The position numbers were made by a program, and so were the translations under genes. This document shows positions 63,762 through 64,000 of a stretch of 64,000 nucleotides of DNA, one piece after another. Positions within the stretch are counted from its first letter, which is position 1. The number at the start of each line of letters is the position of its first letter. The notes under the pieces were generated by a model. That model had not been told where the DNA came from, did no database searches, and saw nothing but the letters and a program-made list of their open reading frames with translations. Source of the stretch: Lophium mytilinum (taxonomy: Eukaryota); the NCBI GenBank assembly GCA_010093605.1, contig MU004191.1:418816-482815 (forward strand). The letters run 5' to 3'.

Positions 63762-64000
63762 TTCCGTTAGGTGGTATAGGAGATGTTGGGAGTCAACAAG
63801 GTGTTTACACTCCCGAAAATTTGTTGAGTGCTTGAAAGATGACGGGTGCGGAAGATGACAGTGCCTCTAGTACTGGGAGGAAAAGAGAGAACGCCTTGAT
63901 ACTGCCGTATTCAATTGGGTTGAATTCTGCAGGTAAATAGTTTCGAATAAGAGGCTTGACGGGTGGTTAATGTGGATGCTTCGTTGAGACATGGGATTTA

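Overview
Eukaryotic DNA from a filamentous ascomycete (Pezizomycotina; a Dothideomycete-like origin is an inference). Genes carry short GT-AG introns with CTAAC/CTGAC branch sites, and repeats show repeat-induced point mutation (RIP). Most of the window is a dense block of conserved genes: NOC2, MDV1/CAF4, ARO7, ALG3, an eIF1AD-like protein, an MFS transporter, an aldo-keto reductase, REX4, ESA1, PP4/PPH3, a GFA protein, a pyridoxamine-oxidase-like protein, tRNA-Thr(AGT), an aldehyde dehydrogenase, GCP4, and the biotin genes BIO2 and bioF. An accessory-looking stretch (about 2.2-18.4 kb) holds an intronless actinobacterial-type membrane protein, an orphan SAP/LEM-like plus OTU-like protease gene, a DUF4360-type secreted protein and a full-length 8,049-bp RIP-destroyed Ty1/copia element. 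That element appears to have carried an extra ~445-codon ORF between pol and the 3' LTR. Other unexplained structure: two inverted copies, ~39 kb apart, of a degenerate ~143-bp tandem array, and an 856-bp TA-flanked TIR element with duplicated Pol III B-box-like motifs in the aldehyde dehydrogenase promoter. All family assignments come from motif recognition by eye; no database searches were run.
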